Below are positions 28,470 through 41,943 of a DNA stretch of 64,000 nucleotides, piece by piece. This DNA is from Octopus sinensis. Its lineage: Eukaryota. The position numbers and the translations under genes are program-made. Within the stretch, counting starts at the first letter, position 1, and each line of letters starts with the position of its first letter. The notes beneath the pieces were generated by a model. The model was given only the letters and a program-made list of their open reading frames with translations, ran no database searches and was not told the origin of the DNA. The stretch is from the NCBI RefSeq assembly GCF_006345805.1, contig NC_043012.1, positions 50,468,001-50,532,000 on the forward strand. Reading direction: 5' to 3'.

Positions 28470-28584
28470 CGACTTCGAGGACTACCTCCCAGTGGTGTCG
28501 GGCGTCAACGAAGAGCCCTCAACTACAACAAGACGACCAAAGATTTTTTTCCAAGGTCTGTGGTCTTCCGCCCCTAAGCCCTAG
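28470..28584 (+). CDS. Candidate host (terminal?) exon, product unknown
   Basis: TTTCCAG acceptor; locally GC-rich; phase-2 frame reads DFEDYLPVVSGVNEEPSTTTRRPKIFFQGLWSSAPKP*. No homolog recognised. Confidence 0.3.
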
Positions 28585-28759
28585 ACCATCACCTATTCAG
28601 CCTTGTTGCTTAACAACAACAACCACAACAACAACAGCACAGATTACATGGATCTGAAAAACTACGTAACTTACTTGTATGTAAACATTAGTAGATATCT
28701 TATGAACGTAATTTTTTTGTCAGTTTTTTTTACTTTAACTCTTGGTTACTGACAATATG

Positions 28760-29092
28760 TGAATTATAGCCATGTGCTGAGAGAGATTTTGCGGGGTTTT
28801 ACTAATTCATATTTGGAAACATGGGTTTTTGTTCAATATCCTTAAACAATCCTTATACAGGGACATTTTAAGCGGGAAGGGCTACTCGACCTGAAGGAAA
28901 ATTATAAGTGGGTCCTACCCGGAAGATCATGTGCTGTTTATCATGATAAGGAATCACCATGCCATGCACATATGATTATGATGCACGTGCCTGATGCACC
29001 CTTATCAGACGGGTTGTCATGATGGGTATATTGGGCTTCGTATATTACTAATCCGGTGTTACTTTGATGGCATGCGCTGCTCTCTCACTCAA
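28760..29092 (-). mobile_element. (AAT)n-associated interspersed repeat, family D
   Basis: TTTGATGGCATGCGCTGCTCTCTCACTCAATAATAAT end is essentially the same as 23033-23066. Confidence 0.8.
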
Positions 29093-29146
29093 TAATAATA
29101 ATGATGATGATGATGATGATGATGACGACGATGATGATGATGATGC

Positions 29147-29183
<37 letters not shown>

Positions 29184-29190
29184 AATAATA

Positions 29191-29235
<45 letters not shown>

Positions 29236-29409
29236 TAATAATAATAATAATAATGAGAAGCCAATCATCAATGGATCGGTATGCAGATAACAGAATATAG
29301 TGCATTGAACGCGAACGGATCATACGAACCTAACTTAAAACACAATAGATTTGTGAGTTACACCAATAGTAATACACTTGATAGATGATACTCTAAACAA
29401 AATCTTAAC

Positions 29410-30500
29410 TTCAAAATAAGGGATAATTGCCCATTACATTTAAGGTAATAGATGATTGCTAGATCCTAAATAGACGGAGACTCTCTACAAAGTGATGCAT
29501 TGGAGCAACTGTTAATTTTAAGCAACGAGACTCAGCACATATGAATTCTTTTAAATATGAAAAGCGGTAAATCTACTTCACTGTCAGAACACGTATGCTA
29601 ACGTAACAAAAAATATCATACGATGTAACTTGGTCCATTTCTGACCGGGATCCTCCTTACCAAGGCTAAAATGCTCCGTGTTTATCATGATTGAGAGATT
29701 CTACACATACTGTCATACATCTCAATTATTAAAGGAACAACATGAAACGTTCTCCCTTTGTGTTCATAAATTCTTGAATACCTGTTTGAATTTATCACAA
29801 ATCTAAATGCTGTAGAAGGCATAACTCTGTATAACACTCTTAAAATTTACATTCGCTGAGACGTAGTTGATATATGGCAGAGGCCTCTTTAATTAAATTA
29901 GTATATTTATCTTATCACTTGCTTTTGTCTGTTTTGTTCTTCTGTCTTTAACCCGCAATACAACATTTTATTCCTATAGCAATCACTTATATTTTCACTT
30001 TTCACGTAGCTTATAATTTATATATTACCTATATATTAAGCAGTAGTTAAATTAAATTAATATATTTACTTTATTTAATTTATTTATAGAATCTATTAAT
30101 TTGCTCTATTTTAATTCACTTATACTTAATAAGATGCAACTTACTGTATTCGAATCTAGTTATAACTTAATATATCATTTACTTGCAGTGAACTTAAACT
30201 TTTAATATTTTTATATCTTTACAGCTGACTCCATTATAACCTGTTGAAGTTAACCCTTGATCTTTTTATTCCTGTTCCTTATAACCTCTACCTTAATAAT
30301 TCCCACCATATAACAAGGCGGAATCAATAGGCTAAACTGCTATTATCTACTGCATTGGCTTTCTCTGTCTTGTTTACAACCCTCAAACCTTACCCCTTCA
30401 CCCTTGACTTTCTCATATTACCAACACACACTGGACGTTTGTGTTCTTCTTCGTTCTTATGGTCTCCTTCGTAACTTATCACTGAACTTCCTCTTCCATA
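29410..30500 (+). mobile_element. Naiad-type Penelope-like element remnant (GIY-YIG endonuclease + 3' region)
   Basis: Frameshifted peptides NCPLH, KSTSLSEHV, DRDPPYQG and ETFSLCVHKF follow the CPL...ST.LS.H.W...PY...C.LC...C.H pattern of PLE GIY-YIG domains. Confidence 0.55.
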
Positions 30501-30544
30501 CTTATTCTGTATCCCCAATTCCTTTATATGTGTGTTTTTGTGTG

Positions 30545-30692
30545 TGTGGTAAGGAGCTACATTCTTAACCACATGGTTCCTAGTTCAGTCCCACTGCGTG
30601 GTACCTTCGCTCAGTGTATTCTACTATAGCGTCAGGCCGGCCAGAGACTTGACAGGGGATTATGTTGACCGAAACTGAAAGAAGCCCATCAG

Positions 30693-30755
<63 letters not shown>

Positions 30756-30975
30756 GGTGTGTGTATGGCGTGTGTACGGATGTGCGTGTGTTTGTACTCC
30801 TACCATCACTTGGCAACTAAGGCTGATATGTTCATGTTCCCGTAAGTTAGCGGTTCCGCAAAAGAGACTGAAAGAATAAGTACTTCTAATGAATAAGTCC
30901 TGGTGTCGATTTCTTTGACTAAAATCAAGGAGGTACTCCAGCATGGCCGTAGTGAAACCTCTGAAAGAAGAAAAA
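30545..30975 (+). mobile_element. tRNA-derived SINE, family B
   Basis: GTGGTAAGG...ACCACATGGTTCCTAGTTCAGTCCCACTGCGTGG...CTCCAGCATGGCCG. Confidence 0.9.
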
Positions 30976-31526
30976 TTATAATAGAATAGACACACAGCCA
31001 TGTGTGCCTGTGTGTGTGTTTACGTGTGTGCGTGTACATATATCCGTCAAACTATTGTGTTATGTATGCCATCATCATACCAGTTAGTTCATATCTTCAT
31101 GCGTTCATAATTCTATCAATCCTTTATTCCGTCATATATTCCTCACATGCCTTCCACTCATAACCTGTCTCACTATCTCTTTGGCGATGAAACTGGTAAC
31201 TATTAATATATTTTGCTAAATATATTCCTAATTCTTTAACGGCGGAACTGGTAACAGCTATATTGTTAATATAGGAAATTCCTGAATTCTTCTTCTCTGA
31301 AGATGGAATATATGATTTCCTTGCTTATTCTTGCTTTTGTTTCCAATACATATTCTGCTGCTTAATTAGGAACCACTTATAACTATGCATTGCTTCTCAG
31401 CTACAACACAACTTTTCTTTTAGTCTTAGGGGAAGTCGGAATTTTATAGCTACGCCGAACCCAGGATTTATTTACTATACGTTATAGCGTTACATCATTA
31501 AACGCAATTTTATATGTACGCTATTA

Positions 31527-31618
<92 letters not shown>

Positions 31619-31824
31619 CATCTATATATCTATTTTCCTATTGATTTATATATCTCTATATATAGGCATGCACGCACACACACAAATATATCTATGCATA
31701 TAGATATAGGTATAAACATATATACATATAAACACTCATACATATGTGTGTATATACACACAAACACACATACATACATATATTGATAAATAGATCGATA
31801 GATACAGACAGATTGATATACATA

Positions 31825-33110
31825 GATAAACTCACATGGAAGTACGAAAACAAATGAGTTAAATACGCAAACGTCGTGAGAAAATATGGAAAACAGTACA
31901 AGTAACACAAAAACGACCCTTCATCAGTAGTCCGCTGTCTATCTACTCCTCATTTCATGCATTCAATGACAATATGAGTCCTCGAAGAAAGTTGTTCCCA
32001 TAAATACCAAAATAAAATTTTGGATTTCAGGTGGGTCAAAGTTGGATATAAAAACAAGACAGTGAAGCAAAATAAGGAAACCGAACGAAAACAAACATGG
32101 GGTGTCGTTAGACCAGAACGAGGAGAAATAGCGAAAGCTAGGAGAAATATTTTCTTTGAAAAGAGAAAAGATAGAAGAGAGAGAGTGAGAGAGAGAGAGA
32201 GAGACAGAAGACGTCTGGTCCATAGGACGACATGGAGGAACATGAGTAACGAGAGAGAGAGTAAGAGAAAGAGGGAAGAGAGAGAGATAGAAAACAGTGA
32301 AGGGGAGAAAAAGAGTATTAGAGAAGGACGGGGGGAGAAAACAGTATAGAGTGGAGACGCATCAAAAAAGGTGAAGATAAACTAACTTGGAAACGGATGC
32401 GTGGTGTTCAATTAAATAATAATACAAATAATATATTTATTGTTTGCGTATTTAACTCATTTATTGTCGTGTTTCATGTTGTTTACAGTTGGTGACGTAC
32501 TGTACCCGACTATGAATATCTACTCTATACTGTAGATTCTACTCTATACTGTTTTCTCCCCTATCCTTCTCTAACTCCTTTTTTCTCCTCTTCAGTGTTT
32601 TCTATCTCGCTCTCTCCCTCTCTCTCTCTTATTCTCTTTCTTGTTGCTTACACGTGTCCATCGCCCATTTTTCTTTTCCTCGCGTGACTGTCTTTCATTT
32701 TTCTCCACGAGTCCTAGCGCTTGACGTCTTCTAACTCTCTCTTCAATATTTTCTCTTTAAAATTAAAATATTTCTCCCAGCGTTTGCTATTTCCCCCTCG
32801 TTATAGTCTAACGACCCTCTATTTTTTTATTTTCGTTCGGGTCCCTTGTATGTATCCACTGTCCTGTTTCTGTTCCCAACTTTGACCGTCCTGAAATCCA
32901 AAATTTTAATTTAGCATTTATGGGAGCAACTGTCTTCGAAGACTCATATTAACGTTGAATGTTCAAAATAAGGATTAGAAAGCCGACAACTGTTGAATGG
33001 CCGTTCTTTCTGTTACTTGTCCTGTTTGCAAAAATTACTCTCGTTGTTTGAGTATTTAACTCACTTGTATTCGTACTTCATGTTGTTTACTGCAGGCGAC
33101 GTTCTGTACC
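31825..33110. mobile_element. Non-autonomous PLE-like pseudo-LTR family in inverted arrangement
   Basis: 31825-32352 (-) and 32535-33110 (+) are diverged inverted copies; the terminal block GTATTTAACTCA...CATGTTGTTTAC recurs at about 32445, at about 33050 and at 58318-58400 (-). Confidence 0.65.
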
Positions 33111-33440
33111 GATATATGCATACACATATATATAATATAAATTATATATATATATATAATTTATATTATATATAGATAGATGGATATATAGATATACATA
33201 TATATATGTACGTATATAGATGCACATACATAAACATAATCTCACACATGCAAATACAGATACAAACATACACACGCTTTCATACGCCTACATGCTCACA
33301 TGCACTCATTTATATATACATACATATACTCACACACATACGCACACACACACATATATATATTTTTATATATGTATATATATATATATTATATATATAT
33401 TATATATATATAGAGAGAGAGAGAGAAAGAAAGAGATAGT

Positions 33441-33530
<90 letters not shown>

Positions 33531-34039
33531 TAGATATAAGCTTATAAATATATGTATATAATAAAGACGTTATGCATAGAAGATCATATAGAAGCCACGA
33601 TAATAAAGAGATCAATGAAAAATACATCGTCAAATCGCAATTTGTTTAAACATTGCAGTTGATCCATTGGACCCCTCTGGTACTTAAACCAGCAATGGTT
33701 TCTATCTTGCGTATTGCCTAATCATTTTAATCTCTGATGATTTGGAATTATCACTACTTTATATTAATTTACATGAAATTAATTTTCATTTATTACATAG
33801 CTTAATTATGCAATTATAGATTTAATTGTGTTTACTTCTAATGAAACAGCTGTTGAGGGTAATTATAGTGTGATTTATCTGTTAAACTTAGGCTTTTCTG
33901 CCTGACGTACAGCAGATGGTCATAAGCTTTGGTACATTAAATGGCATATCTGAAATACTGTCCATGTTGTGTCTTTAATTTCTTTATTTAATTATTTCTA
34001 AATGCAACACAAGACCAATAACCTTAAGCGGAGTGATTT

Positions 34040-34200
34040 AACGTGGACCACAGTGTTCAGGTGGCAGTTATTTAACCCCATATCCCAATCTAAATGAGAA
34101 AAGGCAAACTCGACTCCGGCGAAATTTCACCTCAGTACGTAACGATGGAAAAATGCTCCTTATAATTTTAGATTCCGTCGGCTGGCCGTCTTTCTATTAG
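34040..34200 (-). mobile_element. SINE family A, degenerate
   Basis: AGGCAAACTCGACTCCGGCGAAATTTCACCTCAG...ACG matches the reverse-strand family-A body. Confidence 0.55.
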
Positions 34201-34759
34201 CAGCATAAGTACCACATTTCTCCCGGGATTTTGCTCTATGACTTCAAGTAATACCGAAATTTACTTCCCCATTCATGATCACGTTGTAAATATAATAGTT
34301 ATCTGTGACGCACTGGTGTCGATGGAATTGACAACACAACACTCTTCACAAAAAAGAAAATCTAAAAGAATTTACAGGTATTTGTGCCAGAAGGGGAAAA
34401 GAAATTTTTTTAGCTGGCCACCTGATAAGAATCCTTACAGATAAGAACAGTTAAAACAAAAAGACAAAATTACGTAGTAATGTTTCTCCTTTATATTGTA
34501 ATGCATAATTCACTACAGTCAATTTTCTCGTAATTCACTACAGTAAAAATTTCACAACAATTTGCCGAAACTTCCCGGAATAATCAAGTCTCAAAAAACC
34601 GGTAGGCCGGCATTTCCCTCAGATTTTCGTTAAGTGGTATGTAGAACACAACATATAATAAATTCTCTCTAACTACAGTATCATGCAGTGTGAACACCAT
34701 TCCAGTTCAATTTCAATGCGTATTATTTGGTAGTAGCCCTCTTGTAACAGCGCTGGCTA

Positions 34760-35100
34760 TTGAGTGTGTCTATGTGGTAAGAAGCTTACTTCCTAACCAC
34801 ATGGTCCCGGATTCGGTCCTACTTCGTGGCATCTTGGGCACATTTCGTCTACTATAGCCTCGGTCCGACCAAAGCCCTTTGAGTGCACTTGGTATACATA
34901 TTAGTCATATGTATCTAACATTGTGTCTGTGTTTGCCCCCAAACCATCGCTTGACAACCGATGTTGATGTGTTTATATTTCTGCGGTTAAGCAAAAGAGA
35001 CGGATAGAATAAGTCTTGGGGTCGATTTGTTCGACTACATGTGGTTCTCCAGATTGGTCACTGCCAAATAATTGACACGTGTAATAGAGTAAAGTAAAAG
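34760..35100 (+). mobile_element. tRNA-derived SINE, family B
   Basis: GTGGTAAGAAGCTTACTTCCTAACCACATGGTCCCGG...CTACTATAGCCTCGGTCCGACCAAAGCC...GGGGTCGATTTGTTCGAC. Confidence 0.9.
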
Positions 35101-35169
35101 AGTAATATGTATCAGTAAGACCCAAAGGTGTGAGGTAATGCTGAGTAAGTGCTATGGATAGACCATAGT

Positions 35170-36870
35170 TAAGCTCCAGGTTCGGTGATTATGCGAATAA
35201 GGAGTGCAACGTACACACGTTCATTTAAACTTAGGTGAAAACCGAAGACAACTAAAACAGCTAACAACAGGCATCGCCACACACATACCTTCTCCAAAAA
35301 TATAGATAGCACTCCTTTATCTAAAATCTTAGCACTATTCCCAGACCCCTTAAAAAGCATCGGATACTCTATTCTGTAGTACACGCCCCCATTCTCACTT
35401 AACGTTAAGAACTTAGCTAAATTCTTCTTTAAAATACTAGACTCTAACTTCCTGAAACTATTTTATTCTACTTCAGCCAGCTTCGCATCTATTGCAGCAG
35501 CCTCTAATAAGCAAAAGTTTGCTCTTTAATATCAAAACTACAACTCTAGTCATACGAACACTCAACACACACAGCTCCAGCACAGATACCCTTACATTAG
35601 ACGACAACCACAACCCAAACATGACACTACCCGGGACACCACCACAATCTCTACCACCCTTATAAATAGTACAATTAATAACAAAAATCGTAATAATAGC
35701 AATGATGGTAATGATAATGTTAATAATACTAATAATATAGAATACTCAACATCCTTCTTCAATCTCTCCTGTGACGATATTACTTCTATTCATGAACACA
35801 GTCCCCAAAATTCACCTAATTGTAATTGCTGTCCTGGAACCATCTGCCCGTTACAAAACCATTGCAGAAGATATAATGTAATTTACAAATGTATATATAC
35901 CTGCGTGTACAGGGGCGATAATACATACATATACAGATACACGTATATATGTGTGTGCATGTATACATATACATATGAGTACGAGTTGTCTATGTAGATA
36001 TTGATATGTATAAACATCTGTATAAATATATATACATGTCTAATATATAGATATGTATACATCTTCACATATATATTTTCTTCTACTATTAAGCATTGAC
36101 CTGTCCAACAACCTAATCTATATTCTTAAATTCTTCATTCCATACTACTACCCCTCTCTCTCCCCATCACTTAGACTCTACCACTACGTAACTGACACTC
36201 CTTTACTTTCTATACCTCTCTCTAATTTATCACCCCCATTCCTTCTATCTTTTTACACTCCAATACCTTTCTCTCTCTATCACGCTTATCTCCCCATTCC
36301 TACTTTATCTTGACTGACCCCTAACTGGTACACTTTCCCTTATTATCTCTCTCTTTTCTTCTTTCTTTTCTTTATTCCTCTCTTCCTGCTTTTTCTTCTT
36401 TTTTCTTTTTATTCTTTTTCTTCATTTCTTCTCTCATTTTCTCTATTTTCTACTCTTTTCTTTATTCCTCTCTTCCTGTTTTCGGTTTGACCTTACTAAT
36501 ACATTCCCTACTCTTAGGTCACTTTAAATAAAACCCTTGATTCAATATCACTGGGTAAAAACTCTATACTTGGAATGACCAATTTTAAATACTATTGGAT
36601 TTTATTCACAATGTATTGGAATGTTATATGCATATCATTCTGCCTAAATAATGGATCTACAAATGCCATATCCCTGCACATCTCACATATATTTTCATTC
36701 CTCCACTTCACTCTCTAATTCATATCTTATCTAAATTGACTATTGTTTAACCATTTTCTCACACCGTTCCCGATAAAGGGATATAAAAATTATCCTGGAA
36801 ACAGCTGTAAGACATTCTATTTATAAACGTTCTTAAATCTTCACAGCTTTGGACTTTTATTCCCATCCTG
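35170..36870 (+). mobile_element. Naiad-type Penelope-like element remnant (RT thumb, linker, start of GIY-YIG, 3' pLTR)
   Basis: LKQLTTGIA...LKSIGY...YTPPFSLNVKNLAKFFFKILD (cf. WFNPPFS thumb/linker) then CNCCPGTICPLQNHCRRYNVIYKC; degenerate HHR at the 3' end. Confidence 0.7.
36766..36813 (+). ncRNA. Degenerate minimal hammerhead motif of the Naiad-type pLTR
   Basis: CCGATAA (core mutated at two positions)-A-GGGAT/ATCCT-G-GAAA-CAGCTG-TA|AGAC; palindromic ACAGCTGT stem III, GUA triplet. Confidence 0.45.
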
Positions 36871-36882
36871 AAAACAAATTTA

Positions 36883-36933
<51 letters not shown>

Positions 36934-36988
36934 TATCTATCTATCTATATATCTATCTATCTATCTAACTATCTATCTAACTATCTAT

Positions 36989-37030
<42 letters not shown>

Positions 37031-37127
37031 TATATATTTATATATAAAAATGTTGAGTTGTGGGGTATCGCACGAGTGGGATTATATAAGAAAAAAGGTT
37101 TGAAAATGCAATTTAAACGATGTTTAT

Positions 37128-37172
37128 TTACTTAACCGGTTTCACTCTTTGGTAAAAGATTGTCAAAAGTAA
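37128..37172 (-). ncRNA. Minimal type I hammerhead, U3-A8 variant (sense to the PLE)
   Basis: TTACTT-TTGACAA-T-CTTTT/AAGAG-T-GAAA-CCGG-TT|AAGTAA: perfect 6-bp stem I, palindromic stem III. Confidence 0.65.
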
Positions 37173-37749
37173 TATTAAAAGTAACATTGAATAATATGGG
37201 TTCAAAAAAGTTTTTTACATAATTTTCACATTGAATATTATGCATTCAAAAAAGTTTTTTACATAATTGTCACATTGGATATTATGAATTCAAAAATGTT
37301 TTTTTATACAAAATTGTCACATTACATGTATAAATATAGTGTTTGGTAACAGAGAAGTTCAATAGTGTGATGAGAATATTTGGAAAAATTGGCAGAAAAG
37401 GATAAAACAAATATATTATTGGAAATTTGGTTGCGTGAATTATTGGTTGTCGCAAATTGTCACATTACATGTATATATATACAGTCTTTGGTATATATAT
37501 ACAATCTTTTGACAGCAAAAATTACAATGGATTTTTTATACATCTCAGAATATTTTAAGTTGAAGGCGAGAATATGTCGTTACTGACCTGTTTGTTTTAG
37601 CAGAAAGGTTGAATTGAGAGAAAAAAGGTTGTACCCAGTGTGGTGTATATTTCCCCTTCAAGCATCAATGGTTTTGGGGTTATCAGGAGGTTAGTATGTG
37701 GGTGTGAATAGATGTGTCTGTGCCTGCTGGTCAAGCAGCGTCTGTTTGT

Positions 37750-37755
37750 CACACA

Positions 37756-37787
<32 letters not shown>

Positions 37788-38558
37788 ACACACACACACA
37801 CACACATAGTATACAAACACACACCACATACACACAACACACACACACACACACAGAGAACACACACACACACACACAACGCACCCACATATATAATATA
37901 TACACACAACTCACAAATATAACATGTATTTATATATAATATACACACATATATATAACACACATACACACACAACACACACATACACACACATACACAC
38001 ACACACACAACACACGCACACATACATACATAATATAAATATCACACAAATACACCTAGCATATATATGCACATACAATATACAAATACAGCATGTATAT
38101 AATACACATACACAATATATGCATGCAATATACGTACGCAATACATACATATAATATATATATATATAGACAATGCATATACATATATACATGTATACAT
38201 ATAAATAGTGCTTACATACACATGCATAGATATACCACATATACACACAATATACATACATACAATGCATACACATACACGTACGCATACATATAATATA
38301 TATAAACACACACACACATAACATACATACACAATGCATACATATATATACACGCAATGCATATACATGTATTCATGCACATATGGCACACCTACAATAT
38401 ACATATATACAATGCACACATACACACACATATATACACTTAATTGTACACATACATATACAATACACATACATACAATATACATATACACAATGCGCAT
38501 GCAAATATGCACATGTTTATACACGCATAAACATGCAAATAAATATACACACACACAC

Positions 38559-38612
<54 letters not shown>

Positions 38613-39100
38613 CATATACATACATACATACATGCACATACATATATTTTTTCACACACATACACACACACATATATATATAAAAAATTCACACACACAC
38701 CACACACACATACACACACATATATACACACACACACATATATATAACACACATACACACACACACACACACACATATATACACACACACACATAGTATA
38801 CAAACACACACCACATACACACACACACAACACACACACACATACATATATATATATAAAAAAACAAATACAGATGTAAATACATACACACGTATACAAT
38901 GCTCACACACACACACACACATACACACACACACGCACACAGTGCACACACACACACATATATACACACGTGCACACTCACACACACACAACGCGCGCAC
39001 ACAGTGCACACACACACACACATATATATATACACACGCGCACATACACACACAACGTGCACACACACACACACACACAACACTCACACACATACATAAC
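37750..39100. repeat. ~1.4-kb degenerate (CA)/(TA)/(CATA) microsatellite inside the PLE 3' region
   Basis: Direct reading; generates the HT/CV-rich ORFs. Confidence 0.95.
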
Positions 39101-39264
39101 CTACATATATATAATGCATGCGTGTGTATGCCACGTATGTGTGCGGTCAATGCCCGCTAGTGTGTCCTATGCGTGCCGATGCGTGCATGTGCCCGACGCA
39201 CGATATGCTGTGAGTGTGCGCGTGTCCCTGTGTGCTTGCTCTGGATGTGTTTCCAGGGGGTATG

Positions 39265-40245
39265 TTAGAGTATGTTTAGTTGTGGTCTGTATTTTTGAAT
39301 AAGATTACTTTCCTTATTTATTCGTATTTGGTCTGTGGTGTTGTCCGAGCATTGGTATAGTGGGAAGACTAAGAATTTGGGGGACTTATTGTGTGCACAA
39401 AGGTCTAAGTGTCCACTTAGTGGTATCTGTCTTGTGGAGGGGTCCCTCAGTTGTTGTCGGTGAACTGTCATTCTTTCTCTGAGGGTAAGGCTCGTTTGCT
39501 CTATGTAGTCTTCGTGGCATCCTTCACACCTTATGACGTAGAGTAAATTTTTTGATGCGCACGTGAAATTATTTTTTATGATGAATGTGTGTCCCGAGTG
39601 GACTTGTACGACGATCCCTCAATGAGGTGGATGCAGGTCTTGCATTTGGAGCGACCACATTTTTTGATGGTGGGCGGTGGGTTTGTGTTGTGTAATTTTG
39701 CGTTGGTGAGGAGGTTTTTTAGGGATTTAGGTTGTCTCTTACTTTTTATTATTTTATGAGCTGCCAGTATTTTTTTCAGGCGTGGGTCTTGATTTTGTTG
39801 TGGAATGTTGTTGTATATAATAGTGTAAGCTTCTGCATTCCTTGGGTTGTGTGTTGAGAGATAGGGGAGGCTATTTACTGTACTGTGGATGTGTTTGGGT
39901 TTTCGTAGGTCTTGAATGTTGATTGATTTGGTCCGTTCTATTCCGTTGTCTACTAGTGATGCCGGGTAATGTCTTTCGAGAAGAATTGCCCTTAGTTCCC
40001 GGAGTCTTCTATTTCGTGTTGTGTCATTTGAGACAATAGTGCAGATTCTTCTCGCTAGGTTGAAGGGGATATTTGTCTTTGTGTGTTTTGGGTGATTGGA
40101 GGTGAATAGAAGGTATTGTTTAGAGTCAGTGGGTTTGTAATGGATGTCAGTTTCAATGTTGACGCCTTTTTTAATGATTAGGATGTCAAGAAAAGGGAGT
40201 TGGTCCTGACTATATTCCATTGTGAATTGAATGTTGTTATTTACA
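39265..40245 (-). pseudogene. PLE reverse transcriptase C-terminus/thumb + GIY-YIG endonuclease (one frameshift near 39600)
   Basis: IQFTMEYSQDQLPFLDILI..TDIHYKPTDSKQYL..SNHPKHTKTNIP; KCGRSKCKTC; FTCASKNLLYVIRCEGCHEDYIEQT..ERMTVHR (YIG mutated to YIE); ends RPQLNIL*. Confidence 0.93.
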
Positions 40246-40557
40246 CTGTATATATATACATGTAATGTGACAATTTGCGACAACCAATAATTCACGCAAC
40301 CAAATTTCCAATAATATATTTGTTTTATCCTTTTCTGCCAATTTTTCCAAATATTCTCATCATACTATTGAACTTCTCTGCTACCAAACACTATATTTAT
40401 ACATGTAATGTGACAATTTTGTATAAAAAAACATTTTTGAATTCATAATATCCAATGTGACAATTATGTAAAAAACTTTTTTGAATGCATAATATTCAAT
40501 GTGACAATTATGTAAACAACTTTTTTGAACCCATATTATTCAATGTTACTTTTAATA

Positions 40558-40602
40558 TTACTTTTGACAATCTTTTACCAAAGAGTGAAACCGGTTAAGT
40601 AA
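40558..40602 (+). ncRNA. Minimal type I hammerhead, U3-A8 variant (inverted pLTR copy)
   Basis: Identical to the 37128-37172 motif, on the opposite strand. Confidence 0.65.
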
Positions 40603-40639
40603 ATAAACATCGTTTAAATTGCATTTTCAAACCTTTTTT

Positions 40640-40700
<61 letters not shown>

Positions 40701-41898
40701 GGGAGTGCACTGTGTGCCAATGTGTAAGAATATATGTTGAAAGATAGTGATTATATATAAGTGTGTGTAATTACATTTAGTTCGTTGATATTTCGTCGGA
40801 CGTGGAGGAAGCTTCTATCCGAAAATTATCTGGAGATATGTTTTCTTAGAAATGTGTTTCTTCACACCTTATCTATAAGAAAATGATGCGTGAGAAAGAC
40901 ATTTTACGGGTGATGGCATTCAACAATCGTTCGCAAGTGTTTCAGCATCGTTACGATTCATCTGTTTTGATTATTACATTTTTCGTTCATATCCCGCTAA
41001 GAAATAGCCACACTTATATTTAAACAGTTCGTAATACGTTCATTGATGTACGCAAATTTGAGATAAGCTTGAATTAATTAACTAAATGCACAAGAAACAA
41101 CATTTTTTTTCAAATATATGTGAGTGCAGCTATATTTAGCACATGCGTGTACACGCTAATGGGGAAAGTCTGACGCTGCGGAAATTGTTTGGGACAAAAA
41201 TTCCCTTTATAGGCAATACGTATGACAATACGCCAGCGAAATTCGAACGACATCGTCAGACGGTTTCCTTACGTAATGAAGCCTAATATGAATATATGCA
41301 TGGACGTCTATCGCCGACAGAGTGTATCCTAATATGTTAAGTATGATTGTAGCAACTTATAATTTAATCAAGCTACTTTGTTCACCACTATATATATATA
41401 TATATATACACATTTATATTCTGTATTATATAACAAATATTAATGATTATGTTCAAAGTATAATATTTGCAAAACATCCCTATTTTTCACCATGTTTAAT
41501 TAAATATATCGAAAACAAACAAAATATACACAAACACAATCAACTCTTGCGCGGCTGCATTAAACACAGCCATGTTTTATGAATATATTTATATGCATGC
41601 ATTCTTATATTCCCGTGTGGGCGTATTTGTTGTGTATATTCAAACGCACACACACACGCATACACATATAATTACCTACGGACAAACATACATATGTACA
41701 TATATAGACTAAAATCACGTCTAAATAGACATACATATAAAAAAATTAATTCGACGAAGATCAAATATATATACACTATGTGTGTATATACATATGTATG
41801 TACATTCATGTATATATATGCATATGTATGTATATGTATAAACACACAGATATATATCTATATTCATCTACATATGTATATATATATATATTCATCTA

Positions 41899-41943
<45 letters not shown>

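Larger units (their letters stand above)
37083..40647 (-). mobile_element. Young 5'-truncated Neptune-type Penelope-like element with inverted pLTR
   Basis: RT C-terminus + GIY-YIG at 40245-39265, long CA-rich 3' region, pLTR at about 37083-37700, and a near-identical inverted copy of 37083-37485 at 40245-40647. Confidence 0.92.

Noticed and set aside
33733-33852. CTGATGA ... GAAACAGCTGTT hammerhead-like pair
   Set aside because: The motifs are about 100 nt apart with no stem II or stem I pairing.
35230-35895. Apparent permuted GIY-YIG order in the PLE remnant
   Set aside because: On closer reading the first block is RT thumb/linker (NPPFS-like), so the domain order is the normal RT then EN.
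37200-37330. Three ~43-bp direct repeats that look CRISPR-like
   Set aside because: They are contiguous tandem units without unique spacers, inside a eukaryotic PLE pLTR, with no cas genes.
41150-41280. CpG-richer patch with TTACGTAAT (PAR-bZIP-like site), possible promoter
   Set aside because: A single short motif is expected by chance; there is no TSS evidence.
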